DNA of 64,000 bases from Mytilus californianus (lineage: Eukaryota). Shown one piece after another: positions 36,203 to 48,672 of the stretch; position 1 is the first letter of the stretch; every line of letters begins with the position of its first letter. The notes beneath the pieces are model-generated. The model ran no database searches. It was given only the letters and a program-made list of their open reading frames with translations, and had not been told where the DNA came from. The position numbers and the translations under genes were made by a program. The stretch lies in the NCBI RefSeq assembly GCF_021869535.1, contig NW_026262604.1, positions 34,782,001 through 34,846,000 on the forward strand, in the 5' to 3' direction.

Positions 36203-36620
36203 TGTTGTGATCCCGAGTAAATATATGAACTTACCCAAGACGCTTCTTGGCGTTGATCGCTTAGATGGCTTTCTGGTATAATTTGGTGACTGTTGTCTTG
36301 ATTTTGGTTTACCGGAAAAAGAGAGAAGGCATCATGGGATCGGGCAACTTCCGGCAGGGTCTGGCTTAGTACCAACGAATACCACAACAACATACCAATA
36401 GAATAGTTCAGATTCAAAGTCAAACCAAGTTATTAATCTACGAAAGATACCAAGACCACATAACAACAACTACTTCCGGGTTCTAGGACCCGAGTCTCTT
36501 GTTTCTTAATTCAGTGAGGCGATAAAGTGTTCATATCTTAATTCGCATTAAAACATATATTTATGCAATTATATTTATGCAAGACAACATACAATATTCA
36601 CATTTAATCATTTCCTTACA
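36203..36620 (-). repeat. 5' LTR (about 418 bp, TGTAAGG...CACAACA)
   Basis: TG...CA ends, adjacent PBS. The outer end is inferred because no second LTR is available for comparison. Confidence 0.7.
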
Positions 36621-37050
36621 TAAATTCTCCCAAGTTATATTTTGCAAAATCCTATACTTGACCGTTATTTAATCGTAAAGCTTAATTCTATTTCTATCTT
36701 AATAATATATCCTACATGTCAAAGGAACAAGTATTTATTTCGAGGTGTGGCTATGCCAAAAAGGTAAAAATTAGGTAAAATTATCTCCCTTGCATCAAGA
36801 GAGGTAGACTGTTTATAACAAACCGTTTGTATATATATAGTGCCAGAGCACCTAAACTTAGTTGCATAATAGTATCCAATAGGATTCAAGTTTAGAAATC
36901 AAAACCAATTAAATTTACATTTACTTAATTTGTTATTCAAAAGTAAAATGGCGTACTCCCAAAAGTCGAAACAAGCAAAGCCTATGTTACATTCCGAGGA
37001 ACTACATTCGGAACCTCTCTAAATAGCAGCCATTTACACACGAGAAGACT

Positions 37051-37478
37051 CCCCAAGGGTGACTGGGGAATAGAAGTATGGTCACCATTGGTCTTCCTCC
37101 GACCGGCGGTAAAACCCTCGTCAAAGTGGGGCGTCCGTTTGGCTGTGCGGGATGTACAAATTTGCAGCCACGTCCGGTCAGAATGGGGACGTTAAATCCG
37201 ATGCCCCGTGTAAAGAGAGTGCCACGCTCTTTGCACGTTAAGAACCCTTGCAACAACTCTTTGAGGGGTCCGTAGTTGACCTGTTGCAAGGCTAAATTTC
37301 TGTCCCTATCCAATATACCCTCATTTCCCGTGGCAGTCTAAATTTCTCCGACCTTAATCCCTTAATCTATTACAGAACCTACCTATTGTATTTATTGTGA
37401 ACTTGTTCTCGTTCTGAATATGCATGAAATATTTGCCACTAGACGTTAAGCAACCAACAATCAATCAATCAATCAATC
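37051..37478 (+). mobile_element. SINE copy
   Basis: Same sequence as 2865-3286 from CCCCAAGGG to the AATC tail; no clear TSD. Confidence 0.9.
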
Positions 37479-38559
37479 ATATGGTCCGTTTCAACTGGTA
37501 CAATGTAAAAATAAAGGCAGTGTTTGTGTATATAAAAAGTACCAATACAATCAAATATCGGGAGTTCCTGTAACAATTTACTAGTTAAATTATTCATTGT
37601 TGATCAATCTTTTACAGATTTACTCAACTTGAAACTTAGTAAACATGTTCCCTATCATATGATCTTTCTAATTTTAATGCCAAATTAGAGATTCTATCCC
37701 ATTTTTAAGGTCCACAGAACATATAAAGTGATAGTGCGGATGGGTACTTTGGACACATACTTGTTGTTAGGTGTTTGTAAGATTCTACTAGTATTTACAT
37801 TTGATCTGGCTTGAAATAAAGCATTAATCTTTCCTGTAAACCATTCTGTTGAAGTGATAGAACGGTTGTTGATAATTTAGAAACAATTCCAAGCAGAACT
37901 CGATTGTCATTTCTGGGCGTGTTTTCGTTATTATCGTTTGTGCTAGGTGAAGTATTGGATCGCATATTCTCACCACCACGTGCGATTTGCAGTGGTTATG
38001 CATTATGATAAACCGCACTACCGTTTATTGGTTTGATGTGATACCTTCGCTATCGACATTTTCATTAATTGGATAAGCGATATTCTTTTTCTCCAACTGT
38101 GCTTTCAGTTAGCGATTATCCATTTTTTAACAATGAAGAATTCTAAACTGCACTATTGATTTTCTTTTTCCAAATCGGGCCCGTCAAAAAACATGTTTAA
38201 CCCCGCCGCATTTTTGCGCCTGTCCCAAGTCAGGAGCCTCTGGCCTTTGTTAGTCTTGTATCATTTTTAGTTTTAGTTTCTTGTGTATAATTTGGAGTTT
38301 AGTATGACGTCCATTATCACTGAACTAGTATACATATTTGTTTAGGGGCCAGCTGAAGGACGCCTCCGGGTGCGGGAGTTTCTCGCTGCATTGAAGACCC
38401 ATTGGTGGCCTTCGGCTGTTGTCTGCTCTATGGTCGGGTTGTTGTCTCTTTGAAACATTCCCCATTTCCATTCTCAATTTAACTGTATATAATTTGTAAT
38501 GTTAAAATGCACACAATTGAAATAAATGTTTGCCTAAAAAAATAAACATGAATCATAAT

Positions 38560-38830
38560 GAACTGTTGCTCAAATTTTGATTTAATAGCTTCCTTGTGAG
38601 CAGCAACCCTCTATCAAGAAAATCATTATAAGAAATACAAGCACGGGAATATCGTATCCATTGGGAGATGTATACCCCGTATGCAGTTTCTGCTGGAATG
38701 TTGCTTCTTAGAAATGAAAAGTTCAAAATTAGGAAAGCTGAAATCATCTCTATTGTCGTAAAGTTTTGTTTTCAACCGATCCTCAATGTCAATTTCATAC
38801 CATATCTTCTTATTTATACTGGTATATGAG
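38560..38830 (-). pseudogene. Reverse-transcriptase C-terminal fragment (Penelope-like)
   Basis: SNIPAETAYGVYISQWIRYSRAC...DRGLLLTRKLLNQ; same family as 45340-45720. Confidence 0.65.
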
Positions 38831-38949
38831 AAAGTATTTTTATGTCATTCACGGAATAAATGTAATGTAAATGTGGAACATCTGTACCCCAACGAAACTT
38901 AAGCTGTTTCTTCAGCTGTCTATATTCTCTGTCAAAAAAGAAGACAGAA

Positions 38950-39190
38950 ACCAAATTCACAAGTACCAACTAGATTTTAAATTCTTGCAGTATAAGATAG
39001 GTAATCAAGTTATTGACAAATCGCCAGAGGACAACAGTTTGTACATAATTGATAAGTTCGCACTAGACCATTGACACAAACTCAGGGACTGAAGTTTCTG
39101 CTTAACTGGAACAGATTTGAAAATGACCCGACCCCAAGAAGCATCTGAAATAAGTTTATTCTCTGAATAAACAGTACCTGACATTTGTAC
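38950..39190 (-). pseudogene. Retroelement gag-like relic (DIRS-type, tentative)
   Basis: WGRVIFKSVPVKQKLQSLSLCQWSSANLSIMYKLL; similar-style relics at about 37850-38170 and 59640-60230. Confidence 0.35.
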
Positions 39191-39699
39191 ATAAATCAGT
39201 AATGTCATAAAAATTTATAGTAACCTCAATAAAGGAAGGGTTTAAAAATATTTGTGGGTCTTTTCACGAAAAAAATGTTTGAGACACAGTCAAATTCTTG
39301 AATACCATCTGGATGTACCGTTGATTGTCCTTGGTTTGTCTTGCTGATGACAGGTCTTGATCATTATTTATTACTGTACAAAAAAAAACTAGGACTATCA
39401 TCTGACTGATAGAAAACATTTTAATAATGTTGCCTAATCAATTAACCTTTTAATTTCATTGTATGCATTTATAAATGTGAATATGATTTTGTCTTATCAT
39501 AAAATTATGTAAATCTACAGTTTAATTTTCGTTGAGAGTTTTAATATCGTGGATAATTCTTATCAACGAAATTGAATTGATTATTTTACTATATATAAAG
39601 CTTTCGGTAACTGTTTAAGCATTGGTTTTGGCATTTCTGTCCATGGTCTATGCTGCTACTTTTGTATTCCTCTATAACATTGTTTCTTTAATCTATGGA

Positions 39700-39950
39700 G
39701 GGATTGTAATGAAGCGGCCCAGTTTGTCTCGTTACTGGAGTTATATTAGGCTCTAACCATCCACGTCATTATTTAAAATTCTTGGATTAGTTGACTTGAT
39801 GGCAGCATGCTCATAAGATGCACCATTGTTTCTGCATCATTCTTTAGGTTATCTGATAGTTTACTGAATGCAGCATGTATATCCTCATGAATATGCCCAA
39901 CCACTAAAAATGACAGATGAACCTAGAATTACAAGAGAAGTGTATTTGAT
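39700..39950 (-). pseudogene. DDE transposase fragment
   Basis: LSFLVVGHIHEDIHAAFSKLSDNLKNDAET, matching the GHTHEDID-type motif. Confidence 0.6.
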
Positions 39951-41045
39951 TACTCTAGACTTATCTATGGCTATTCTTTTTACAAATTGTTACTATATTC
40001 CTCTAGTCTGAATGGCAAACTGTTTGTTAATATGGAAAGAGAAATATGGACATGTATGCTATTCTATTTTTGTATATACAGAGTAATGTAGAGGATGTTC
40101 CGATATCAAGAAATATTCACTTTCATTAATACTTAAAATCAAATTGAATCGGAAGATGATGAATGAGAGTGCTGTTATTTTTTTCAAAATCTATCTGATC
40201 TTGATGACACAGACGACAAGATTTTAAAAGGTGAAACACACCCCTAAGAAAGTAAAACCCCTACTGTAAGAATTGCCTGTTTAAAAGTTTATGATCCTCT
40301 TTAAACAAATTAATTAATATGTGCAACCAATTGTTCAAACATAGATGAAAACTCGAATGACAAGAAAAGAGGGTTTGGGTGATAAAAAAATGCGAAAAAC
40401 CAAAGCGCTGACCAATATTTATAGAGCCATACAGACTGTGCTAATAAAAAAATTGAAGCGTATATTTCAAACTTGTCGTTATGAACCCTTAGTTTAATCT
40501 GGGACTAGTTTATTAAATGTAATATATTATAATGGAAGTTTTTACGACCTTGACTGACTTTACAAATTGTTCATAAGAAAGTTTTATAAAACACAAATGA
40601 CCTACAAAGGTTCCAACCATTGATTGGTTGTGTTAAAAAAACATGTTTATATCTAGGAAAGAACAAAAAGAAATGAGGCCTCATTTCTCATTTTCCATGA
40701 CGGTGTATACTAATTGTAAATGGAGAACTAAATATGAAATACAACAACATATTTTTGGAATACACTGATGAATTTAATGTCATATATTGATATATATTTG
40801 TATTACTTTGACTGATAAAAAGCATTGCTATTTCAATTTGTATTTCCAATTCTCACTAACTATTTAAAAATAAATGCATACCATGAGGACAGAATACAGT
40901 GAACATCCCTAGGAGAGATAGATGACTGTTTCCCTTCTTTATGCACACCTTTTCGCTCATCTTTTTATCCATTGCATACATTCCTCTCTTTCTGATTTGT
41001 TTTAGATTTGGGAAGAAGATAAGAGAATCTTGTGTTATCCTTTAA

Positions 41046-41496
41046 CCCCCATCCCCCCCCCCCCCCCCCCCCCCCCAGGGTGACTGAGGAAACGAAATAT
41101 GGTCACTTGGTCTTCTCCCGACCGGCAGTAAAACGCTTGCCGAAGTGGGGCTTCCGTTTGGCTGTACGGGATGTATCAAGTTTGCAGCCACGTCCGCTCA
41201 GAATGGGGACGTTACATCCGATGCCTCGTGTAAAGAGAGTGCCACGTCTTTGCACGTTTAGAATCCTTGCAACAACTCTTTGAGGGGTCCGTAGGTGGCC
41301 TGTTGCAAGGCAAAATGTCTGTCCCTATCCTATATACCCTCATTTTCAAGTGGCTGTTTAAATTTCCCCGACAATTATCCCGAATGGCCTCTATTATGAC
41401 AAGACCTACCTATTATATTTATTATTAACTTTTTCTCGTCCTGAATATGTATGAAATATTTGCCACTGGACAATAAGCAACCAACGATCAATCAAC
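41046..41496 (+). mobile_element. SINE copy (second subfamily) with expanded 5' C-run
   Basis: Diagnostic variants CACTTGG and AAAACGCTTGCC; imperfect TSD GTGTTATC(C/A)TTT. Confidence 0.88.
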
Positions 41497-42233
41497 GTGT
41501 TATCATTTCCTAAGTTATATGTTCTGCCATATAGAAAAGTTTTGAGTGTAATCTCAACTACTACACTGAGTATGGTTTATAGAAATTTGAGAATTTCAGA
41601 TAAAGCAGTGTTCAACAAAACAGATGGAACAGAAGTGGATCTGTACTCTGTATGTGCTTCATTACATTAAGTTCTTACAAAAATATGTGCGATTAATGAT
41701 GTACTTCACATTGGCAATTTGCTGCACACACTGGTATGTTGGTTGCAAGCATTCTGATGAATTCTCTGTACTCCTCTGGACATGCATGCAAGCAACCTAC
41801 AAGAACATGCATGCAAGCAACCTACAAGACAAGGAACTAAAAGTATAAGCTGCATAAGAAATTAAGCGTTTTAGATGAAATCGTTATAATCATGATAGAT
41901 TTACTGGTACCGTTTACAGGTAATTTTCGCGGGTTTTAAATTTCGCGATTTATGTTCAACATAGTATACAAAAAATGTGGCAATTTTTATTTTGGCGGAT
42001 TGTTTAAATCCTAATTAAATATTTTGGTGGATACTGAAATTATTGCAGTTTAAAAGTTTTAAAAATGAGAAGTGTCTTGCTTTTTTTAAATGATTGTTTT
42101 ACATGCATGGGATTGTATTTATTTATTATACGATACATTTACCGGTACTTAGATATTTGTCACAAGCCTTTAACTCGAAGGAGGACAAACGAACGGACGA
42201 ACGAAAGAACAAACGAACAAACTAAAATATGTT

Positions 42234-42363
42234 AGTACAAGGAAAAAGGCTGTGAGTTTTCTATAAAATTTAAAATTTCCTTAAGGATGATATACCCTTG
42301 TGGTGACTCAATGCTAAACAAATGTAAATTTTATAGAAAACCCACAGCATTTCCCCTTGTACT
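42234..42363. mobile_element. Small MITE/foldback
   Basis: About 38-bp imperfect inverted arms AGTACAAGG...TTTTCTATAAAATTTA. Confidence 0.7.
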
Positions 42364-43628
42364 CTCATAGTTTGCAATTCGCTGCTTGATAGACAAAGGA
42401 TTATTGCACGCAGTGCTAGCAATAATTAAATAAAAAACAAGTTTATGAATTTAGATATTGGTTTAAACAAATATAAATATTGACCAATGAAAGTACACCT
42501 TCACGGTTGCGCTCGACTTAAGTGTCTCAGCACGTGGTTGTTCAAGAAAATCAAGTGAGTAATCTATAGATATAGGAAGATGTGGTATGAGTGCCAATGC
42601 GACAACTCTTCATCCAAGTCACAATTTATAAAAGTAAATCATTATAGGGCAAGATACGGTCTTCAACAGGGAGCCTTGGCTCACACTGAACAGCGAGCTA
42701 TAAAAGGCCCCATAATTTACTAGTGTAAAACAATTCAAACGGGAAAACCAACGGTCTAATCTGTATATAAACCAGAATCACTTATGAAGCACATAAACAG
42801 ACGACAACCAATGAACATCAGATTCCTGACTTAGGACAGGTGCAAACAATTGCAGCGGGATAACACGTTTTAATGGTACCAAACCTTACCTTCTCCCTTT
42901 CCAGAAACAATAGTATAACATCCCAGCATAGAAAGACTCTCTATAAAATATCAATTGGAAGGCATAACTCAATCAAAAATCGTAGTGACACAAATTACCT
43001 CATCTGTGTCTGCTTTAAATTTTATAACAAAAGTGTCTGTGTTAAAAGTCTGGATTTTCTATAAAAATCTTGGTTTATTTGCCACAAAATCCCGTTTAAC
43101 TATTGAATTCAATGAGACTACAAATAAAAAATGCTTTGCTCGAAGTGTCCCCTTTATATATGTACAAAATGGCCCATCTATATTATATTTGCTGTTTTTA
43201 TACTATTGCAGTTTGAAAATTTCGTAATTCAAAGGCTACAGAAGGGGTCATAAACCTTAACTTGTTTTTTTATGTACGACATTTCTTCTAACTTTGCGTT
43301 TTTGTCCAGGAATTTTGTCCTTAGTCCAGAAAGCTTGGGAATTTGTTATTTAAGAATTGAGTTTACATTCATCAGCAGATTGTGAACGTTTTGCAGAGTT
43401 AATGGTGAACAAACACTATACACTGCATTTGTCATTTCTCTTATGCATTTTTTCCTTTGCCATTTCTGTCAATTCTGTTTGACATTCTTCCTGAAATTCA
43501 AAATGGTCTTCTGTTTCTGAGGTAATACATTCTGGAATTATGTTAACTTATTGGCTGAGGAGACTGCTTTTTTAGTTATATCACTATCCAGATTAAATAA
43601 TGGTAATTTGTGTATTCTGATGGTAAGA

Positions 43629-44054
43629 TTGATTGATTGATTGTTGGTTGCTTAACGTCCAGTGGCAAATATTTCATGCATATTCAGGACGAGAACAAAT
43701 TAACAATAAAAACAATATGTAGGTTCTGTAATAGGGGCGTCAGGGATTAAGGTCGGAGAAATTTAGACTGCCACGGGAAATGAGGGTATATTGGATAGGG
43801 ACAGAAATTTAGCCTTGCAACAGGTCACCTACGGACCCCTCAAAGAGTTGTTGCAAGGGTTCTTAACGTGCAAAGAGCGTGGCACTCTCTTTACACGAGG
43901 CATCGGATTTAACGTCCTCATTCTGACCGGACGTGGCTGCAAATTTGTACATCCCGCACAGCCAAACGGACGCCCCACTTTAGCAAGGGTTTTACTGCCG
44001 GTCGGAGGAAGACCAATGGTGACCATACTTCTATTCCCCAGTCACCCTTGGGGG
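43629..44054 (-). mobile_element. SINE copy
   Basis: 14-bp TSD TTCTGATGGTAAGA (43615-28, 44055-68). Confidence 0.93.
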
Positions 44055-44929
44055 TTCTGATGGTAAGAAATCCCATCCATAAGAAGGGTATTGAGTGAAT
44101 AAGGCCAGCAGATGTATGCAGGGCCACTAATTCCATTTCTAGTTAAACAAGAACAATATGGTCCACCAGTATTGATCAACATAGTGTCCCGATTGTCAGA
44201 TTCAGGGCTTCTAACATTGAAGCCATCTTCTGTACCTAGTATCCTGCAAGGTGGGATTTCTAATTCACCGAGTGGCATTCTATCTAGACTGTGTCACTCA
44301 CAAACTGTCTATGTCTATCTTGTAAAAATGATGGAACATTAGATTAATATCACCTGTTATATTGCATATAGGAGAAATTGTGTCTTCTGTATCTGCAAAA
44401 TTGGAAAACAAATGCTGACATGTTCATGAGGGGTTTTCTTAGAATTAAGTATAATGGTGCTAGCTGATATCGAAAACCCAAGTCATGCCTTTAATCCCTG
44501 ACATTAACTAAGTAAGTATTGAACCTGCGATGCCAACATGTAAAACATTACACATTCCAGATAATAATCAATATAGCAGATGACAGTTTTTAATTACATT
44601 TTTATTTCATTTTTGTATCATTTATTTTATTGTTGTACTTATTATTGTCAGACTCTACGAAGTTCAGTAACTGCTTACTTCCATGCTCTTCGTTTAATTG
44701 GGTGAATAATTGGCAATCATACAACGTCTGCGTTTTTGTCAATAATATTTAAAAATAATACCGTCAACATCATTATTGGTACGGATGGACAGCTAGTACA
44801 CTGACTTTTTGGCCACACTCCAATCGGAAAACTGTAACCCCGATCTGTCCACGAGTAAGTGCTACCGTAAGGTGTCTGTACGCTGGGATGATGTTTTTTG
44901 CTTGCAGGTAGGTAAAGCTAACACCTTCT

Positions 44930-44986
44930 TGATTGATTGATTTTTGTTTGCTTTACGCCGCATTAGCATACAAAGGTTATATCGCG
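44930..44986 (-). mobile_element. Extremely 5'-truncated copy of the I-group LINE
   Basis: Reverse complement of the last about 57 nt of the LINE (CGCGATAT...GCGGCGTAAAGC...AATC). Confidence 0.85.
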
Positions 44987-45339
44987 TTCTGTTTATTTTA
45001 TGCCAATAAAAATGTTTCATTAATATAATAATAAAGAAAAAGATTGTTAATCAAGCTGAACCATTTATCATGTTTTCACTGAGGTTTATAAATACAAGCT
45101 GATTTATACAGACTTACGTGTTCGCTCTCCTTTTCTTCATATTGTTGCTTTTATAACACACCTGGCTTAACAGTGGTGTCGGTACGTTTTGAAGAAGCAG
45201 GCTGAATTTCTAAAGTAGCCATCAAGTAATTATTTTTAGAAATTGTGTAAAATCTGCATTTTGGGATTCTCCTTGAGCCTTATACAGACCACTGAAAACA
45301 TCGTTTTTTTTATGAAGATAATGTAAATGATTTATTAAT

Positions 45340-45720
45340 TTTTACGAACGCCATCACGAGTTGGTTGGCCGTTATGGAATAACCGTTTCACAAATGATAT
45401 CGGATATGTTCTTTACGCCGTAACTACAATCCCCTTCCCTTTCATGAATGTGACCTACCGAATTAGACTATTTACCGGGTTTGTTAAAGCATGAGCAACA
45501 CGACGGGTGCCACATGTGGAGCAGGATCTGCTTACCCTTCCGGAGCACCTGAGATCACCCCTAGTTTTTGGTGGGGTTCGTGTTGCCTATTCTTTAGTTT
45601 TCTATGTTGTGTCATGTGTATTATTGTTTGTCGTTTTCATTGTTAGCCATGGCGTTGTCAGTTTATTTTCGATTTATGAGTTTGACTGTCCCTCTGGTAC
45701 CTTTCGTCCCTCTTTTATTA
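45340..45720 (+). mobile_element. 3' part of a Penelope-like retroelement
   Basis: FYERHHELVGRYGITVSQMISDMF followed by the family's CCTTCCGGAGCACCTGAG 3' region. Confidence 0.6.
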
Positions 45721-46330
45721 AAAGTAGTAGCATGGTTGTTTTATTTTTCTGTAAATTTGATCACTTTAATGTTCGCATTTGATCCAGACTTAAATTGATT
45801 TTATGTTGGCAACTTGCATGACCAATATACATTTCTGTGCACTTTCCTGTTAGTGAATATGGTTATACTGAAAGAACCTACAGGTAAGTTTGAATTTTCA
45901 CTTGAATTATTTAGTTTTAAAGAAAAAAATTAATTTTGACATTGAGAACATTATGTTTTGTTTAATATCATTCATAATAAAATGTTTCAAATGCCTAATC
46001 ATTTAATTTTATTTAAAAAAAAAACTCTGTAGACTTAGATTCACTGTAACTTTCAGCCTCCCTACATTTTTAAGCTCCAATTAAAGATCGAACTATTTTT
46101 GCTGCAATAATGTTTTTTTTAAGTTCTTTTTCATAAGAGTTCAGGATCATCATTTGGATCAGGTTCTGAATCAGAAACAGGCTTCTCAATTTGAACAGGT
46201 CACGAAATTTTAATATCGGCAATAGGTGTACATGCAGTTTGTTCATTCCCATTTCAAATGCAATGAAGATACAGTTTTGTATATTTCAAACAAATAAAAC
46301 ATAACTATATTTTGATAATATAGTATTATT

Positions 46331-46519
46331 AACTGGCTGTTTCTGTATTGGCACTGGCATAGATTCTCGGTCAGCTGTATTGGCCCTCGACTCGACTGTT
46401 TCTGTATTGGCACTGGTATAAATTCAAGGTTTGCTGTATTGGCCTCGAGACCCGTATGGTTGAGGGCCAATACAGCTGACCTAGAATCTATGCCAGTGCC
46501 AATACAGAAACAGCCAGTT
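46331..46519. mobile_element. Palindromic MITE
   Basis: About 58-bp near-perfect inverted arms AACTGGCTGTTTCTGTATTGGC..., with an internal partial duplication. Confidence 0.85.
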
Positions 46520-46558
46520 CATAACACTTTTATTAAATAATCTAACTTTTTCAATACA

Positions 46559-47058
46559 GACTTGTTCTGAATGCTGTATTACATACATCAAATGTGAATA
46601 TAGGACCAATATTTCCAATACGGACTGGCAATGATGTGAATATAGGGCCAATGTTTCCAATACGGACTGGCAATGAATCCTGAATTACATGCACAATATA
46701 TGTTTACATGTAATTCAGGATTCATTGCCAGTCCGTATTGGAAATATTGGACCGGGCCGAAAAGCAATATAGATCACGTGATTCATATGACCAGGACGAC
46801 GTCACCAGAGACTTGTTCTGAATGCTGTATTACATACATCAAATGTGAACATAGGGCCAATATTTCCAATACGGACTGGCAATGATGTGAATATAGGGCC
46901 AATATTTCCAATACGGACTGGCAATGAATCCTGAATTACATGCACAATATATGTTTACATGTAATTCAGGATTCATTGCCAGTCCTTATTGGAAATATTG
47001 GAATTGGCCGAAAAGCAATATAGATCACGTGATTTATATGACCAGGACGACGTCACCA
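46559..47058. repeat. Tandem dimer of a 251-bp unit, each containing a long hairpin
   Basis: Unit starts at 46559 and 46810; each has about 44-bp inverted arms around CACAATATATGTTTA. Confidence 0.9.
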
Positions 47059-47964
47059 GTATGACACATGCCGTTTTGGTAGTATTAGGGCTATTTTAAT
47101 CTTATTATTTAACAATTTCAGATTAAGTATACCTGACATCATAATGTTTAAGTACAAGTATCTTACAGTAGGATACTTTGCTATCAAAATCCACATCAAC
47201 TGCACAAACAACTTATTATTTTCTAGAGTATCAAACTTGATCAATTTTAAGCCAAATTTATTGCGGACTACCAATATTTTTGTGCATGTACTTAATTTTG
47301 TGCACTTCCTGTTATTTAGTTATGTCACGCTATTCTAATATTCTCTAATATTGTGATAGACAGATTTTCTTTTTTTGAGAATGCGTAGGAAGAATTTGAC
47401 TCATCATACAAATGCTTCCAATAGGTAAATACTTTAAATAAATTACCAATCTTACATCAACCTACCAGTGCAATCAATATAATTTGATGATATCTGGGAG
47501 GGGGCAATTTTCCCCCTTAATCAATCTCTCCATTGTCTAATTAAATCTTGTATTTCTTGTCGCATAATTTTGGATGATCTTGTTGATGTTTTTGGAAAAA
47601 CGCGTTTTGGCCCTCCTTACTCTTTGTATGTATTCTCTGTTACTTAGCTTCATATTTATATAAAATTTGTGTGTATGATTGTATTGGGCAAAGATCATCA
47701 CTATGTGGCCTGTATTGGCTGGTCTACCCCTTTTCTGTTGGTTACATTTAATTTTTCACCTTCATTTTTTCTTCAGCTTTGTAACAACACATTGACATTC
47801 TGTCATTGTCGTGTTTTTTGAATGATTTTCAAGAAGCCAAACAATGGCGCACATCCTGTTCATTGGAGGACAATTTATTTTTAATTTTGATGTCTCTTTT
47901 CAGGATTTTTTTAGCTGTTTTCGTCTTTTGTGATTTACTTTTTGTTGGGTGTTAGTTTCACCAC

Positions 47965-48672
47965 GCCCATTCCAAAGCCATTAAATAAGCGTTGCAGAAC
48001 GAGCGCTACCACTCCCTCACCTGGTTTGTCCCCCTCCCCCCCTTTTGGAAGCAATGCAAGTTGCTCAATTGCACCGGATTGATTGCCATGCTCGTCATAA
48101 CTCCCAAAACCTCTCGATGAGGCCTGGCATGAACCTTGTCCAGTCTGTCGTCACGTACGTGTAGGTCCACATGCTGGTCGAAACGACACGACTGGAGGGC
48201 CCACCGTAATGTAGAGATCTGGAGGCCATGTAATCTCTCCTCAGCTGTGAAATCAGAACAGATACACCTGGGTGAGACACCCGCTGATTGAACCTGTGCT
48301 AAACGGCATCCTAAAACTGCCCCGCACTCTTGGGGTGGATCCCCACTGCCCCGACCCATCCCGGTTCAAGCCTAAGCGGCACACGGGGCCAAGTCTTGGG
48401 ATCGCAGAAGACTGCCACGCCTCCAGCCAGCTTGGCTAGATCCACAGGAGCGGGGGTCAACCGCATCCGTAGGAAATCCCCCAAGGATGTCTCAAGAGGC
48501 ATTCCCATCTTGCTTAGGGATCTATCAAGATCGAGTGGCTGTCAAAAGCATCAGGCAGATCCCTGCACAATCGGGACTCCACTTCCCTACTCCCTTGCGA
48601 ATCTGAGGCGATCCCCGAGCTCCCAGGGACAGAGGTGAGCTCTGAGACCCTAGACCTATGTAGGACTTGGAC
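47965..48672 (-). pseudogene. tatD: TatD-like nuclease fragment, Gypsy ORF3 type
   Basis: AFDSH(x)LDR (frameshifted), GGVAVFCDP, AVGIHPK, LHVRD, LHCF, VREW; GC-rich like the Gypsy element. Confidence 0.75.

Larger units (their letters stand above)
19120..36620 (-). mobile_element. Gypsy LTR retrotransposon (5' LTR present, 3' end lost) with Tpt1, PHD, HhH and ORF3; AcademH inserted
   Basis: LTR, PBS, gag, PR-RT-RH-IN order and GC-rich coding sequence; several frameshifts and stops; breaks into satellite at about 19120. Confidence 0.93.
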
